From the NCBI GenBank assembly GCA_951406725.2, contig OX597818.1, forward strand, positions 98,146,001 through 98,210,000: a stretch of 64,000 nucleotides of DNA, written 5' to 3'. Numbering within the stretch: position 1 is the first letter of the stretch; every line of letters starts with the position of its first letter. Position numbers and translations under genes: made by a program. The notes under the pieces are model-generated. The model saw only the letters and a list, made by a program, of their open reading frames with translations, was not told the origin of the DNA and made no database searches. The DNA comes from Octopus vulgaris (lineage: Eukaryota). This document shows positions 37,186 through 51,706 of this stretch, one piece after another.

Positions 37186-37832
37186 ATCTGTATGTGCTTG
37201 TGTGTGTCTTTGTCCCCGTAACTTATTGGTTCGGCGAAAGTGCCGAAAGAAGCACTGGGATTGATTCATTAGACTAAAAAATTCTTCAAGGCGGTGCTCT
37301 AGCATGGCCGCAGTCTAATGACTTAAACAAGTGAAAGATAAAAGATATGCATGTACCGCAAAATATGTACAGTATTTAAGTTATTTTTGTGCTTCCAATC
37401 TTGTTTGTGATTTTATCTTGAAGTTGACACATAATTATAATCGAGCTAAAGAAATAATTATTAAAAAAATAAAAGAAGTTATTTGTGTATTTGAATGATT
37501 AAGAATGCATCACCTGATCTTTTGTACAGTAGCTTTGCATAGCAGCTTCTATACTTGAGCAACACTAATAAATTTCATACATTTTTTTGTTATAATTAAA
37601 TATCAATAAATACGTGGTTTACGTGACTGTCGAACTCGTTTTTGATAAGGGGGAACTACATGTGTAGAGTAAGTTGAATGTTACTCGGATGTGATTCTTC
37701 ATGCAGTTGGTGGGATTGTCATGTTTGGAGCTTGCTACAACAACAGATAGTATATCTCATATATCCAGGTTGTCTTTCATTTTTAATGCTTTTGTTTCCT
37801 AGCGACGGGTGGGGTGACTAATTTGTGATAGA

Positions 37833-37880
<48 letters not shown>

Positions 37881-38274
37881 TGTGTGTGTGTGTGTGTGTG
37901 TAAGAAATAGAGAAAGAGAGAGAGACAGAGGGACGAAGGGAGGGAGAGAGAGAGTGAAAGAGAGAGTGAGTGAGAGAGAGAGGGACAAAGGGAGGGAGAG
38001 ATAGAGAGCTCACGATTTCAAATTAGTTCTGCGTCATTCAGTTTCCGTGTAAATGGAACCGTAGAAGGCCTTGTAGTTACACGGATTGTAAATGTCCGAA
38101 TTTAATGATCCAGTGCTATAACATTGGCAAAACATTGTACGAGAGATATGACGAAACGAAACATACATAGAATAATGAAAATTCATTAATTCTTCATACG
38201 AATATAGGCTGTAAATTCTTCTAAGACTATAAAAATATTAAGCATAATTAAATCTCAGAATGAGATTGAAACAG

Positions 38275-38600
38275 TAGAGATTTAATTATGCTTACTGTTC
38301 GTTTTTCGACATCAGTGGCAGACGCCACTAGAAAAACTTGTATATATTTGCAAAGCAGCCTTCACTTTCATCGCGACCTGGTGGTTACCGCCCGTTGACG
38401 AGGGACAAACATCCCGAAACTAGTTCGAGCGTATCACTCAGGCTTGCGAGGAAGGGATGGCCTCCCTTTGCAAATACTCCAAGGACACTGATATTGTGTC
38501 TAAAGCCAGCTAGAGACGACGATCTCTTGGGGCTATAGAGCTACAGTAACACCCCCTCCCCAATGTGGTTAGCCATGATAAGATGGCTTCTATACTTTAC
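38275..38600 (+). mobile_element. Structured non-coding element family H3 with hammerhead (retrozyme-like)
   Basis: CGCCCG TTGACGA GGGA CAAACA TCCC GAAAC TA GTT CGAGCG at 38389-38431; homologous to 53735-54090 (minus strand). Confidence 0.65.
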
Positions 38601-38643
38601 ATTATAAAAATATTATTTTACAGCAAAATAAAATGTTTGTATA

Positions 38644-39869
38644 CGAGACGTATTCCAGAAGTTTTGAAACATTTTTAGGAGAGGCAGTTATAACTGTCCT
38701 AAATTGTTGTAATTATGCAGTTAGTTATAACTGTACTAGGGTTTTGTAATATTGTCCTAGATTATTGTATATTTGTATATTACCTGATAAGGTGTTCGGC
38801 CAACTTTTGCTGTTCAAGATTAAATGAGACGAATGTAACGGCATTTTGAATATGTTTTACTAAAAATTGCTTGCCACAGCTGACTAATCTGCAGAATGCA
38901 AGCCTAGTACTTATTCTATCGGTCTCTTTTGCCGAACCGCTAAGTTACGGGACGTAAACACCCCAGCATCGGATGTCAAGCGATGTTGGGCGGGGGGACA
39001 AACACAGACACACAAACATATACACACACATACATATATGCTTACATATATACGACGGGCTTCTTTCAGTTTCCGTCTACCAAAGGCAGTCGAGATGTAA
39101 AGACAATTTACTATGGAAACAGGAAATGCTCTACACTGCTTATGGATTAACCTGTATGAATCAAACAACTGTTTTTCGGTGGTTTAAGAAGGCCAAGCAA
39201 GGCAAGTCTACCGGGAAGCTCATGATGATCCCGTTTGAGCATTGCTAGTATTCGGCTTTTCCTTATATCCTTTCTGTAATATTTTTATTGTCTTAGAAAA
39301 ATTTACAGCCTATATTCGTATGCAGAATTAAGGAATTTACATTATGCTATGCATGTTTCGTCATGTCTCTCGTACAATGTTTTGCCAATGTTATAGCACT
39401 GGATCATTAAATTCGGACATCTACAATCCGTGTGACTACGAGACCTTGTACGGTTCCATTTACACGGAAACTGAATGACGCAGAACTTATTTGAAATCGT
39501 GAGCTCTCTCTCTTTCCGTCCCTTCACCAGCATCAGGACAATGTACCACAATTCCATCCTGATAACCGACTACTCGACAGATGGGCATGAAAACTGCCCC
39601 TTATCCTGACTACAGTCGAGACTTTGGACTTCGTAACTCCTGGTTGTTCTCCAAGCTGAAGGAGAAGATAAAGGAGGCTGTGACAAGGGTCGTGAACACC
39701 TTTAATTTGGAAGAATTTTATGGAACATTTACGAAGTGACAGAAGCGCTACAACAGCAAGCGCATTGAAGTCAGAGAATCCTATATTGAAGGAGATTGGA
39801 GTTTTTGTACTTTGAAATTAATAAATGTCTCTCTTGAAAAAAATCTCAAAGCTTCTGGAATGCACTTTG
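38644..39869 (+). mobile_element. Degenerate mariner element with SINE and filler insertions
   Basis: TA-flanked TIRs CGAGACGTATTCCAGAAGTTTTGA / TCAAAGCTTCTGGAATGCACTTTG; EMLYTAYG...TTVFRWFK (HTH); HQDN...PYPDYSRD...WLFSKLK (YSPDLAP-like). Confidence 0.8.
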
Positions 39870-39884
39870 TATATAAAAATTAAT

Positions 39885-40112
39885 GCGCCCTTTTAAAGCC
39901 TAGCCAGGCTCATAAGGGCCCGGTTTCCCGGTTTCTATGGCGTATGTGTTCCCTAGCTGGACGGGACGCCAGTCCTTCGCAGCGTTACTCATTTTTGCCA
40001 GCTGAGTGGACTGGAGCAACGTGAAATGTAGTGTTTTGCTCAAGAACACAATGCGTCACCCGGTCCATCATCGAAACCATAATCTTACGATCATGGTGCT
40101 GACACCCTAACC
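39885..40112 (-). mobile_element. CORE SINE family B1
   Basis: Minus strand GTGGAGGCGCGTGGCTTAGTGGTTAGGGTGTCAGC head, CORE-like block. Confidence 0.85.
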
Positions 40113-41402
40113 ACTAAGCCACGCGCCTCCACATTTTGTATATGTGTTTGGATAAATTTTTAGTTATTCTTCTAAAGTTACTCTATGTAAACCCTAACCC
40201 TCAGGGTGCATAGATAACCTGTTTATGAAAAAACAAAAATAAGGGTTATTAATTACTAGACATTTTTTGCACTAACTGTTTATGGGAGTTACCCGGAATC
40301 GAACCGGAATCTTATACATCAACCACATATGTGTCATGGGAACTAAACTAAATTCCAGTATGATGCTGAAACATGCATTTTCTTTTGTTATTGCTGAAGG
40401 AGCAGCACCAGTAGCAGCAGCAGCAGCAGCAGCGGTGGTGGTGTTGATAGTTGTTTATGTTCCGTTGCTAAGTTTATGTTATCATTTGTCTCTGGAAAAT
40501 ACTTCAGACTAAATGATGACGAGTGAAATTTGAACCTTATTGAAAAGATTCTTCGCTCTAATTTCAACATTCTACCATAATTTTAATGTTGAGATGAAGA
40601 CGGAAAACAGAACAGAATTAAAAAAAAAACGAAAAAAAACCCCCAATAAAAACATCATTTAATATGCTTGTCGTAATAAGATTCTGTTCCAAATAATACA
40701 CTTTCCTTTCTAAATCTACCCGAAACCGGACCGATCTTAGGCAACTTAGCATAACTCTAATAACCCCAATGTAAACACTTTTAAACTGCAGCTACCCTTC
40801 CTCACCTCCCAAAGGAAAAAAAGAAGTAATAAATATATTAGATAATAAAAAAAGAATACAGCATGTCATTTCTGAATGACTGCGTTATACTGTGAAACAT
40901 GTAGGCGTGAGAGCATTGCTAGTCTTTTCGGCTTTTCCTTATATCCTTTCTTTATTATTTAATCTGCTAATTTGGGGTTGTTTTCAAACGTTCTTTTTTT
41001 TTAAAGAGAACCACTAGCAAAACGAAAAAGAAAAAAAAAAACGGAAAAAACACAGAATACTTGAATGAGTATATAAATAAATATGTGGAAGAAAGGAAAG
41101 TGAAAAAATAAAAAATAATAAATTGTATAAATTCTAAAAAAAAGTGTGTATAAGAAGGTAACTTTATCTGAGAAAATAGTTTAGAGTTAAAGTTAATTTA
41201 CGGGTGAAATTGTTGGAAGAAACGCCCCTTGGGCACAGATAGGACTTCAGTTAGACATCTTAAACTGGAGAAAATAAGTCGGAAGTGGTTGGTTATAGAA
41301 ACTGCCATGAAAAAAAATAACCACGGGTAGCATGAAGATACCCATATACAAAAGCACACACGTATGTATGTATTTGTGTGTGCATGTATGTATGTGTGTG
41401 TA

Positions 41403-41451
<49 letters not shown>

Positions 41452-41864
41452 CTTTTTCTTCATATTTATTTTAGTCATTGCATGTGGCCTTGAACAAACT
41501 TTTATTTTTATTCTTTTTTTATTAAGGCTGGGGTCTATTCTATCTGTATACTTTGCCGAGACACTAAGTTACGGGACGTAAACAAACGAACACTGGTTGT
41601 TAAGTCATGGTGAAAACAATCACGAACTCAAGCACACATAAACTCACAGACGTACACATATATATATGTACACGCACGACGGGTTTCTTTCGGTTTCCGT
41701 CTAGCAAATACATTCTCAAAGTTTGGTCGGCTCGAGGCTATAGTAAAAGACACTTGCCCAAAGTACCATGCAGTGGAACTGAAACCAAAACCACACCTTC
41801 ACCTGGTAACAGACACGCACGCACACACATATGCATACATACATATATACACACGCACACATAA

Positions 41865-41943
<79 letters not shown>

Positions 41944-42185
41944 TGTATAAGTCACAATATATGGATTCAAGTAATCCGGTAGTACTCATAAGAAAAGCTC
42001 CTTAATATATTATTTTGAAGGATTTCCCCCTTTGCATTCATGGATGCCTGTAATTTATTATCAAATATAATGATATAAATTATTTATATGTTATTAAGTT
42101 ACGAAACAATTTGTCGTAATATTAGAATTTTCTTATTGTTAAATAAAATTTCATCAAATTATTTCCCTGTCACTTATGACTTTAC

Positions 42186-42267
<82 letters not shown>

Positions 42268-42279
42268 AGGCTAACGTCG

Positions 42280-42329
<50 letters not shown>

Positions 42330-42335
<6 letters not shown>

Positions 42336-42792
42336 CCAAAATCGTTTCATTTTCTGGGAAAGTGATGGCCTCAGTTTTTAGGGATGCGAAAGGGCCACAC
42401 CGTCAATGGAGAGTAGTAGGTTAACTTGCTGAGGTAGTTTCGAAAGGCTATGATGACCAAACGCCCAGGAAAAGGGGTCTTGTTTCAACAGCTCTGCTTT
42501 CAACAGCAGCATCCCTATTCTGATTTGGCCCCCATCTGACTATCCTGTGTTCCTCAACATAAAAAAAAATCCTTTCGCTAGAAACAAGTATCGCTGTGAT
42601 GATGACGTCATATATGCCTCTGATTACTTTTTCTGACCAACAGGGTTTCTTCACCAATGAGAACCAAGGACTGCAACGCCGATCGAAATAGTGTGTGGAC
42701 TTCAAGGGAGATTATGTCAAAAAATAAAACTCATCTGGTGACATTGCATGAGAGTGTCTTGGTCAGCCTATGAACTTTTAAGACGACCCTCG
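42330..42792 (+). mobile_element. Mariner transposase 3' fragment with TIR
   Basis: KKAKIVSFSGKVMASVFRDAKG; HPYSDLAPSDY-like motif; ends GAACTTTTAAGACGACCCTCG|TA. Confidence 0.8.
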
Positions 42793-42806
42793 TATACCTG
42801 TATATA

Positions 42807-42897
<91 letters not shown>

Positions 42898-42898
42898 T

Positions 42899-42968
<70 letters not shown>

Positions 42969-42975
42969 CATATAT

Positions 42976-43059
<84 letters not shown>

Positions 43060-43992
43060 TCCACACAGCTGTAAATGGATAACACATCGACGGATAGCCG
43101 TTCCGTTTAGCGGTAATGTTGGCTTTGCCACCTAAAAACCAAGGTGGCATCATTCGAAAGCTGCAACAATGCGAGGAAGTGCATTGTGACCAGCCGTGCA
43201 TAATAACATCCGATTGTCTGGTGGATACACTTATATAGTGATATACATACATACATGCATACATGCATAGTGACATACATAGATCATGCATACAAAAATA
43301 TTAATACATAGATACATACATATAGCTATGATAACTTGCGAGGAAAAAGCATGTCCGTGTCTCGAGCGTAAGTTTTCCGTTCGTGCTTTGGTTTAATTTT
43401 TGAAACTTATCTTTTAACATAACGCCACACACCCATCTTATTGCCACTTTTTCGGTAGAAATTTTTTGTGTAACCTCTCTACCTCTTTCACTCTCTTTCT
43501 CTTCCTCCTTCTCTTCCCCTCTCTCACCAACTTACCTCTCTGTTGCTTTCTGACTCTCTGCCACGCACCACTTATTCTCTCCCCTTTTCAACTACACATA
43601 AAATGAGCTCTGAATGTCAGAATACATTATCAAAAGTATTAAATTTTTGATAATTCGATCATAGACTGAAATCAATTAACGTATAGTGGCATTTTATAAG
43701 AAGGCAAATTTTGCTTATATTTTTTGCATATTGAGTACATAATTACATAACTAGAACTTGTTTGCAATAATATAACGGTGTAAAAGCAGACATCCACTGT
43801 CAAGTGATAGGTTCGTTCTCTCTCACTTAACAGCGACATTTCTGATAAAGTGAAAATAAAAGTTCAGCGAACTGAAGTAGGCACAGCTACATCTTATGAC
43901 CTCCATCATGACCCAATTCTGACACAAACACACACACACACACACAATCCCACGTACGTACGTACGCACGCACACTTAATGTATTTACACAG

Positions 43993-44360
43993 ACGTGGCT
44001 GTAGGGTAAGAAGCTTGCTTCCCAACCACATAGTTCTGGGTTCAGTCCCACTGCTTAGCACTTTGGGAAAGTGTCTTCTACTATAGCCTCGGGCCGTCCA
44101 AAGACTTGTGAGTGGATTTGGTAGACGGAAACTGAAAGAAGATCGTCGTATTTATGTGTCTGTGTTTGTCCCCCAACCATTGCTTGACAACTGATGTTGG
44201 TGTATTTACGTCTCCGTAACTTAGGAGTTCGGCAAAAGATGCCAATACAATAAGTACTAGTCTTTCAAAGAATAAGTCCTGGAGTCGAAGGTCCAACTAA
44301 AGGCGGTGCTCCAGCATGGGTGCAGTCAAATGATTGGAACAAGTAAAGGAATAATAAAAG
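43993..44360 (+). mobile_element. SINE family A
   Basis: Colinear with other family A copies; microsatellite almost absent. Confidence 0.82.
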
Positions 44361-44699
44361 AATTCACAAATACACGCATCTGTTCCTCTCTCAGGCACGT
44401 ACATACATACATACATACATACATACAGACAGACAGACAGACAGACACACACATACATACATACATACATACATACATACATACATACATACATACATAC
44501 ACACACATACACACACATACACACACTCACATATATATACAATGAATAGATATATATGTTCATATTCATATATATTCATACTTATATATTCAGGTATATA
44601 TATGTATGTGTGTATGTGTGTTCGTGCGTGTGTATACATAAATACATACATACACACACATAATATATACATATACATACATACATATATATATATATG

Positions 44700-44742
<43 letters not shown>

Positions 44743-44813
44743 CAGGGTAAGCACATAAATGCGAAACAAGGTGGGAAAAATAGTATTCGAATGCCAGAGG
44801 TAGAGTAATATGC

Positions 44814-44977
44814 TTTATTAAAAAACGGCAAAAATATCAGAAAAACTGTTAGTCAGAGTTTCAGGGTCCCGTTCGTCGGACAGGTTTGTTTAGCATTCTA
44901 AACGAAACTGTCCGGCGAACGGGAACGTGAAACTCTGAATAATAGTTTTTCTGATATTTTTGCTGTTTTTTAATAAA
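44814..44977. ncRNA. Palindrome (80-bp arms) containing two opposed hammerhead-like motifs (family H4)
   Basis: + strand AACTGT CCGGCGA ACG GGAA CGT GAAAC TCTGA ATA ATAGTT (44906-44947); - strand ACCTGT CCGACGA ACG GGAC CCT GAAAC TCTGA CTA ACAGTT (44885-44844). Confidence 0.6.
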
Positions 44978-45035
44978 TTGTACACACACATACACACACG
45001 CACGCACACGCACACACACATATACATATACACGC

Positions 45036-45214
45036 ATTTTTTCTCTCTCCTTGTTTCTCTCCTTGTTTCTTTTCTGTGCATCTTTCTGTCGAAGAGCGTA
45101 GGCTCGAAACGTAAAAGACTTGTTTTATTTCTATTCCTGAGCGCCATACTAATACAATTGTTTGTTTGTACTCCACCTGCCTTCGTCTTTTGTTTATTTT
45201 CGTAAACCTTCCCG

Positions 45215-45216
<2 letters not shown>
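45036..45216 (+). mobile_element. Penelope-like non-coding element with hammerhead-like motif (related to H1)
   Basis: TCTTT CTGTCGA A GAGC GTAG GCTC GAAAC GTA AAAGA at 45081-45118 (stem I TCTTT/AAAGA, one core substitution); ends in (TA)n. Confidence 0.6.
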
Positions 45217-45283
<67 letters not shown>

Positions 45284-46207
45284 TAGATAGATAGATAGAT
45301 AGATACATACATACATACATACATACATACATACATACATACATACATACATACATACATACATGCATACATACATACATACATACATGCATACATACGT
45401 ATAAGTATGACATTATAGACGAATGCTGAAAGCAACTGTCGTGTTTCATCCAATTAAATCTCATCCGTAACACGAATTCTTTACAGTTTGCAATATTTAG
45501 AAGTGATCAGATTACACACACACAGTATGATATATACATATGTATATAAAATGATAGGAGTTTTCTTCAGGGTGGCTCAAACTAACAGGTATGTGCTCTG
45601 AGTGCTCAAATTGGTATGCCACTAAAATCAGGTTTGATGTGATTTTTTTCACTTCTTTTCTAAACCGACTAGAAGTGGCTTCCCCTTGAGCCGGTATGTT
45701 TAGATTAAATCAGAAATAAAAAGGTAAGCGGTGTGGCAAGACTTTACACGGACATTTAATTCAGCTATATGATAAAAAGTTTCACATAGTATCTAACAGC
45801 TGTTTCTGCAATATCTTAGCTATTGCAACATCGTGTTGAGCGATGATTCCATAGGCCGAGTATAGCGTCATCAGAGAGGGATAGGTTAAACATGGGTGAC
45901 AATGGAAGAATATTTCTCATCAATGACATTGTGGTCCATTTTGTCAAGAAAGGGATGAGAAATCCAATTAAAAATCTAATTAAAATAAGTATTCATAAGG
46001 TAAATCCATTTACGCATGTATGCACACGCACGCACGCGTATACAAACAAATATACATAACGATTAATTCATCTATCTCCAACCATAACCCAGTGCTATAA
46101 TAGAAGACGCCCAAGATGCCAGGCAATGAGACTGAACTCAGAACCATGTGATTAAGAAGCTAGCTTCATACCATACGGCCATATCTGCTCCTATTATAAA
46201 TAAATAA

Positions 46208-46346
<139 letters not shown>

Positions 46347-46927
46347 TGTATTTATGTATGTGAATGTGTATGACGTTTACATAAGCAACATTTCCACGCA
46401 AATATATTTACATAAGCGTACATACGTGTGGCATATATATACATGCATAACGGCAAGCACACACAAATTAATACACACACAAACCCATCCATTCCCCCCA
46501 TCCTCACACAAAGTAAATGTCGGTTAAAAACAGGAGAAAAGTGCAACACCTCTATAATGAACTCGTTATATTACATATGTACGGTGCATATTGATTTATT
46601 AATGAAACACAATGAAATGATACCTTATAAAATGTTCAGTTGTCTTTGAATGCATTTTTCACAAGATGTGAAGGCATGTTGAAATAACTTTTCATTTACA
46701 AGGTATCATTTAATTAGTTCTGTTTCTCTCTCCCTCTCACTTTCTCTCTCTCTCTCTCTGTTTATCTATCTATCTATCCATCTATCCATCTATCTATATT
46801 TTTCTCTCTTTTCTCTCTCCCTCTCTCTCTCTCTCTTTCTATCTATCTATCTATCTATCTATCTATTTATTTGTCTTTCACTCCTATATCTCTGCCTATG
46901 CATATATGTACACACACACACGCACAC

Positions 46928-46999
<72 letters not shown>

Positions 47000-49990
47000 G
47001 CACACACTGTACACATACACATACGCAAACACACATACACACATACTCCCTCACAAACACACATTCATGATCACATAAACATGAATATACTTATATATAT
47101 ATATATATAAGCGCATACATACATGCCCTCATATACATGTGTATTTGCAAGCACATAAGCATAAAGAGATAGCGGGACGTGTATGTAGAAAGTCATGTTT
47201 ACTGTGAAGTGTTGGGGAAGAAACCTTATTAATAGCTACTACATATCTAGCGGTCGGTGTGGTATAATTTGTCCATATAACACATCACCAGTTCTCGGAT
47301 TATCCAATTTCTCCGTCTTTGTTTTTAAAATTTCTACACTGAAATTCCGAGTAGGTTCGAGACAACTAACTTTCTTACGTTTAAATATTTGTTGTGCATA
47401 CATACATACATACAAGCATATGTAATGATAATAATGGGTGGATGTAAACACATGAACAAAATTAGAACAAAAGCAACAACAACAAAAACAAAATACAAAT
47501 TACATGAATGTATATAAACAGAAGATACAAATATTACAGGCAACCCCCCCCCACACACACTAAATAAACATAGACGCACATAGAGATATAAGCATGCGCA
47601 AATGAAGACATACAATAGAAATACAAAATGGCTGACGGTTAGTAAGGAGAGACACAAACAAATAAGAAAGAAGAAAACAGAGGACCACTGATGCGGTCAC
47701 AAGAGTGTGACGAAAGAACTCTGGCCGAAATAAGATTAAGATTAAAGTAAAAAATAAATATCACTGAAGCAAAATAACACCAAATATATAGTGCGTGTGT
47801 TTTTATTGGCTAAACTGGCAATATGACCATTCCTAAATATAACAATAACTAACTTTCTATTTCCTTCTTTAGCTGTTTCAAATGTAATTGGCATGGTTCC
47901 TCTTGGAAAGTCATGGACGTCTCAGCCAAATATATTTTCTCTCCCTTTATATTTCTGTACAACAGGATTCAATAAGCAACTGCACGCGCGATTCCGTCTA
48001 AAATTTACTCCAAGGTAGTTATTGGCCTGGGATGACATGCAATAGGACCAAATCTGAAAGAAAGGGTTGTAAAGTGAGCTTCTTAAGCACACACCCACAC
48101 CTCCGCATTATCGATTCATAAGAAATGCACTGACTTCTCAGTTTGAACAGAGACCGAGTTATTGACACGAATTACTAAGAGCTTTGCTCTATAACACTGG
48201 TCATAACACCCGCCCCCTAAAAAAATGCTTGCTAAAAGATATCCTTATAAGATCCTGCTTTGGGATATTTTATTTATTTATTTGTCGATTAAAATATTGT
48301 TTTGGTTGTGGCCGTAAAACAGTTTCATACACAACATCCGTAGGTATTAACCGCCCCTGTTGACCATCTAGAATCTTTGACTAAATTTAAAACGATCGTT
48401 TACAAATTCAAGTAAATAACACGAATCAGATCATGGGTTATAATGTAAGCCCTGAAGAAGCTGACCTATAAGCAAAGATATTCTAAATGTTACCATTCCA
48501 CATTCTTCTCCGTTACACTACACTCATGACCACATTAACCTATATATATATATATATATATATATTCTTGCTTTTTCTTCTTTAAAAATGCATGATTTCA
48601 GGGAGAATAGGCTGCCCTTTTTAGCAGTTCGAATGATCGTGTAGAGATCTCAAGCAAAAACTTGAATATGTTCTGCAGCAGATTATTGTCTCTAGACTTC
48701 CTGTGTATTATTTTTTTATCTTTTAGTCAGGAGAGCAGGTAGGGCCCATTACTCGTTACAGGGTCCTCGGGACTGGTAAGATATGAGAGGGAGAAAGGTA
48801 TCCTCTAACCGGAAACCAGGCCCGATTACTTGCCCCAGAGTAGACTTTGCTAAAGGTACTCAGCGTGCCAGGTGGTAGTACTGAACAGGGAAATAGGCTA
48901 AGTCTACTACTTTTGAGGGCAATGCCCGGATTTGAACTCGGAACTAAAAAAGGCGGAACAAATTATACAAAGTATCCAGTCCCGTTTCTTTACAGGTCCA
49001 CCAACACAGCACTTTAGATTGATACTCTTTTTTTTTTAATCAATCCCGAAAGAATGAAAGGTAAAGTTAACCATACTAGGATTTGAATTCAGAACACAAA
49101 ACAGATTGAACAACTACTGCAAGGGGTCCAGTTCGAAGTGCTTGTAGCTTTCCAAATTCAGTGCCTTGTATTTGTGCTTATTTTTAAAGATCCCCAAATG
49201 AATGAAAAGCCAGACTGACTTCGGCGCAATTTGAACTTAGAATGCGGAACAAATAACATTAAACGTCGTGGTTCGATTTTCTAACGACCCTTCCAATTCG
49301 CAGTCAATAGTTATCTTCTGATTATCGTTATCTTCTTGAATGTTATTTCTGGGAACAATGCAACGATTGTATTGCAAACTTCCTACACTTCTTAAACACT
49401 TCACCGAAGTACTTCTTCGATATTTAATTCGTAGAATACCGACCAACGTCTCTTTTATCTACGGCAAACTGCAGAGAAATTGCTTTTAGATGTTAAAATA
49501 CGTTACGTATTTGAACAAATCTAAACTTTGTATATTTCCTGTCATTGCTTCGCGCTACTGTTTCTGTATTTGTCCTGGTCGGCGATCAACGAGCGTAACA
49601 GGTTTCTAGTATTCAGTAATTTTTATAAAGTTGGGGCTTACTGCCAACTTAGGATTACCCCTCTTTGGTATTCTCTACTGAGGAAGAAATAACGAGCCAG
49701 AGATACATCTGGGGGTCTAATAGAGGACGTTACTGAACTAAAAATTATGCATGTACACCTTAGCTTAGCGGTACGGTAAAAGCGACCGATAGGATAAGTA
49801 CTAGGCTTACAAAGAATAAGTCCTGGGGTCGATTTGTCCGACTAAAGGTGGTGCTCCAGCATGGCCGCAGTCAAGTGATTGAAGCAAGTAAAAGAATATA
49901 TAAGTGTATATATGTATATATTTATGTATTTATATATATATATACATACATACATACAAACATATATATATGTATGTATGTATATATATG

Positions 49991-50049
<59 letters not shown>

Positions 50050-50067
50050 GTATGTATATATATATAT

Positions 50068-50117
<50 letters not shown>

Positions 50118-50139
50118 TGCATATATATATATATATGTG

Positions 50140-50263
<124 letters not shown>

Positions 50264-50889
50264 TTTGTGTTTGTCCCCTAACAACGCTTGACGACCGATG
50301 ATGGTTTGTTTATGACACCGTCAACTAGCTGTTCGCAAAATGTGATAGAACAGACACCAGGCTTTAAAAAAAAATACATAAGTTCTGGGGTCGGTTTGGG
50401 TGACTAAACCTTTCAAAGCGGTGCCCTAGCATGACCGTAGTATTCCAATGACTCAAACAAGTAGATAGCAATAATAAGAAAGAAAGAATGAAAGAAAGAA
50501 GGAGAGGAAAAAGAAAAAAAGAAAGGAGCAATCATATTTTATGACATCCATTGAAAAAGAGTGCAAAACATAAGGAACAGCAACAGCTTTAGTAGCTGCA
50601 ACAGCAGGAGTGGATTGCATCTGTTTTAAGATCTACATTAAGCTGTCAACCGAGTATATTACGTAGCATGGATCAATTTGATCAACGTTGAATCGATGCA
50701 GAAAAACAACAGCAATAATAATAAGAGCGGTAGAAGTGTTGCCCTATGTTTTTGACGTGTAAAGAAGTTGTAAGTCCGCGAGCTGTTAAAATGGTTATAT
50801 CGTCGTCAAAGAGCTTTGCGGTATTAATTCTGAGTTCAAATGCTACCTAGATCATCTCTGCATTTCGTTCTTTCTGCGCTGATGAAATA

Positions 50890-51670
50890 ATGGTTTCAAA
50901 TTTTAGGGGAGAGGATAAGTCGATTCTAGCGACCCCAGTGCGTAACTAGTACTCATTTAATCGATCCCGAAACGATGAAAGGCAAAGTCGACCTCGGCGG
51001 AATTTGAACTCAGAATGTAGCGACAAAGGAAATACCTATTTCTTTACTACCCACAAGGGGCTATACACAGAGGGGACAAACTAGGACAGACAAACGGATT
51101 ATGTCGATTATATCGACCCCAGTGCGTAACTGGTACTTATTTAATCGACCCCGAAAGGATGAAAGGCAAAGTCAACTTCGGCGGAATTTGAACCCAGAAC
51201 GTAGCGGCAGACGAAATACCGCTAAGCATTTCGCCCGGCGTGCTAAGGTTTCTTATTTCTTTATTGCTCACAAGGGGCTAAACATAGAAGGGACAAACAA
51301 GGAGAGACAAACGGATTAAGTCGATTACATCGATCCCAGTGCGCAACTGGTAATTAATTTATCGACCCCGAAAGGATGAAAGGCAAAGTCGACCTCGGCG
51401 GAATTTGTACTCAGAACGTAACGGCAGTAGAAATACCTATTTCTTTACTACCCATAAGAGGCTAAACACAGAAAGGACAAACAAGGAAAGACAAACGGAT
51501 TAAGTTGATTATATCGACCCCAGTGCGTAACTGATACTTATTTAATCGACCCCGAAAGGATGAAAGGCAAAGTCGACCTCGGTGGAATTTGAACTCAGAA
51601 CGTAACGGCAGACAAAATACCGCTAAGCATTTCGCTCGGCGTGCTAACGTTTCTGCCACCTCGCCGCCTT
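50890..51670 (-). mobile_element. Tandem array of four SINE family C units (~180-220 bp period)
   Basis: Repeated CGACCCCAGTGCGTAACT...CCGAAAGGATGAAAGGCAAAGTCGACCTCGGCGGAATTTG blocks near 50930, 51115, 51330 and 51515. Confidence 0.9.
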
Positions 51671-51706
51671 GAGTCGATGAAATAGTGTAACAGTCAATTA
51701 CTGGGA

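Noticed and set aside
42430-42445. TGAGGTAG let-7-like seed
   Set aside because: Lies in mariner coding sequence; no further match and no hairpin
43333-43375. AACTT GCGAGGA...CTCGAGCGTA AGTT as a degenerate hammerhead
   Set aside because: Both core strands are too degraded to call
48725-48910. GGGCCC...TCCTCG as an HDV-like ribozyme
   Set aside because: P1/P3 pairings could not be built; only simple hairpins are evident
50890-51670. Regularly spaced repeats as a CRISPR-like array
   Set aside because: Units are whole SINE bodies with homologous rather than unique spacers; eukaryotic context and no cas genes
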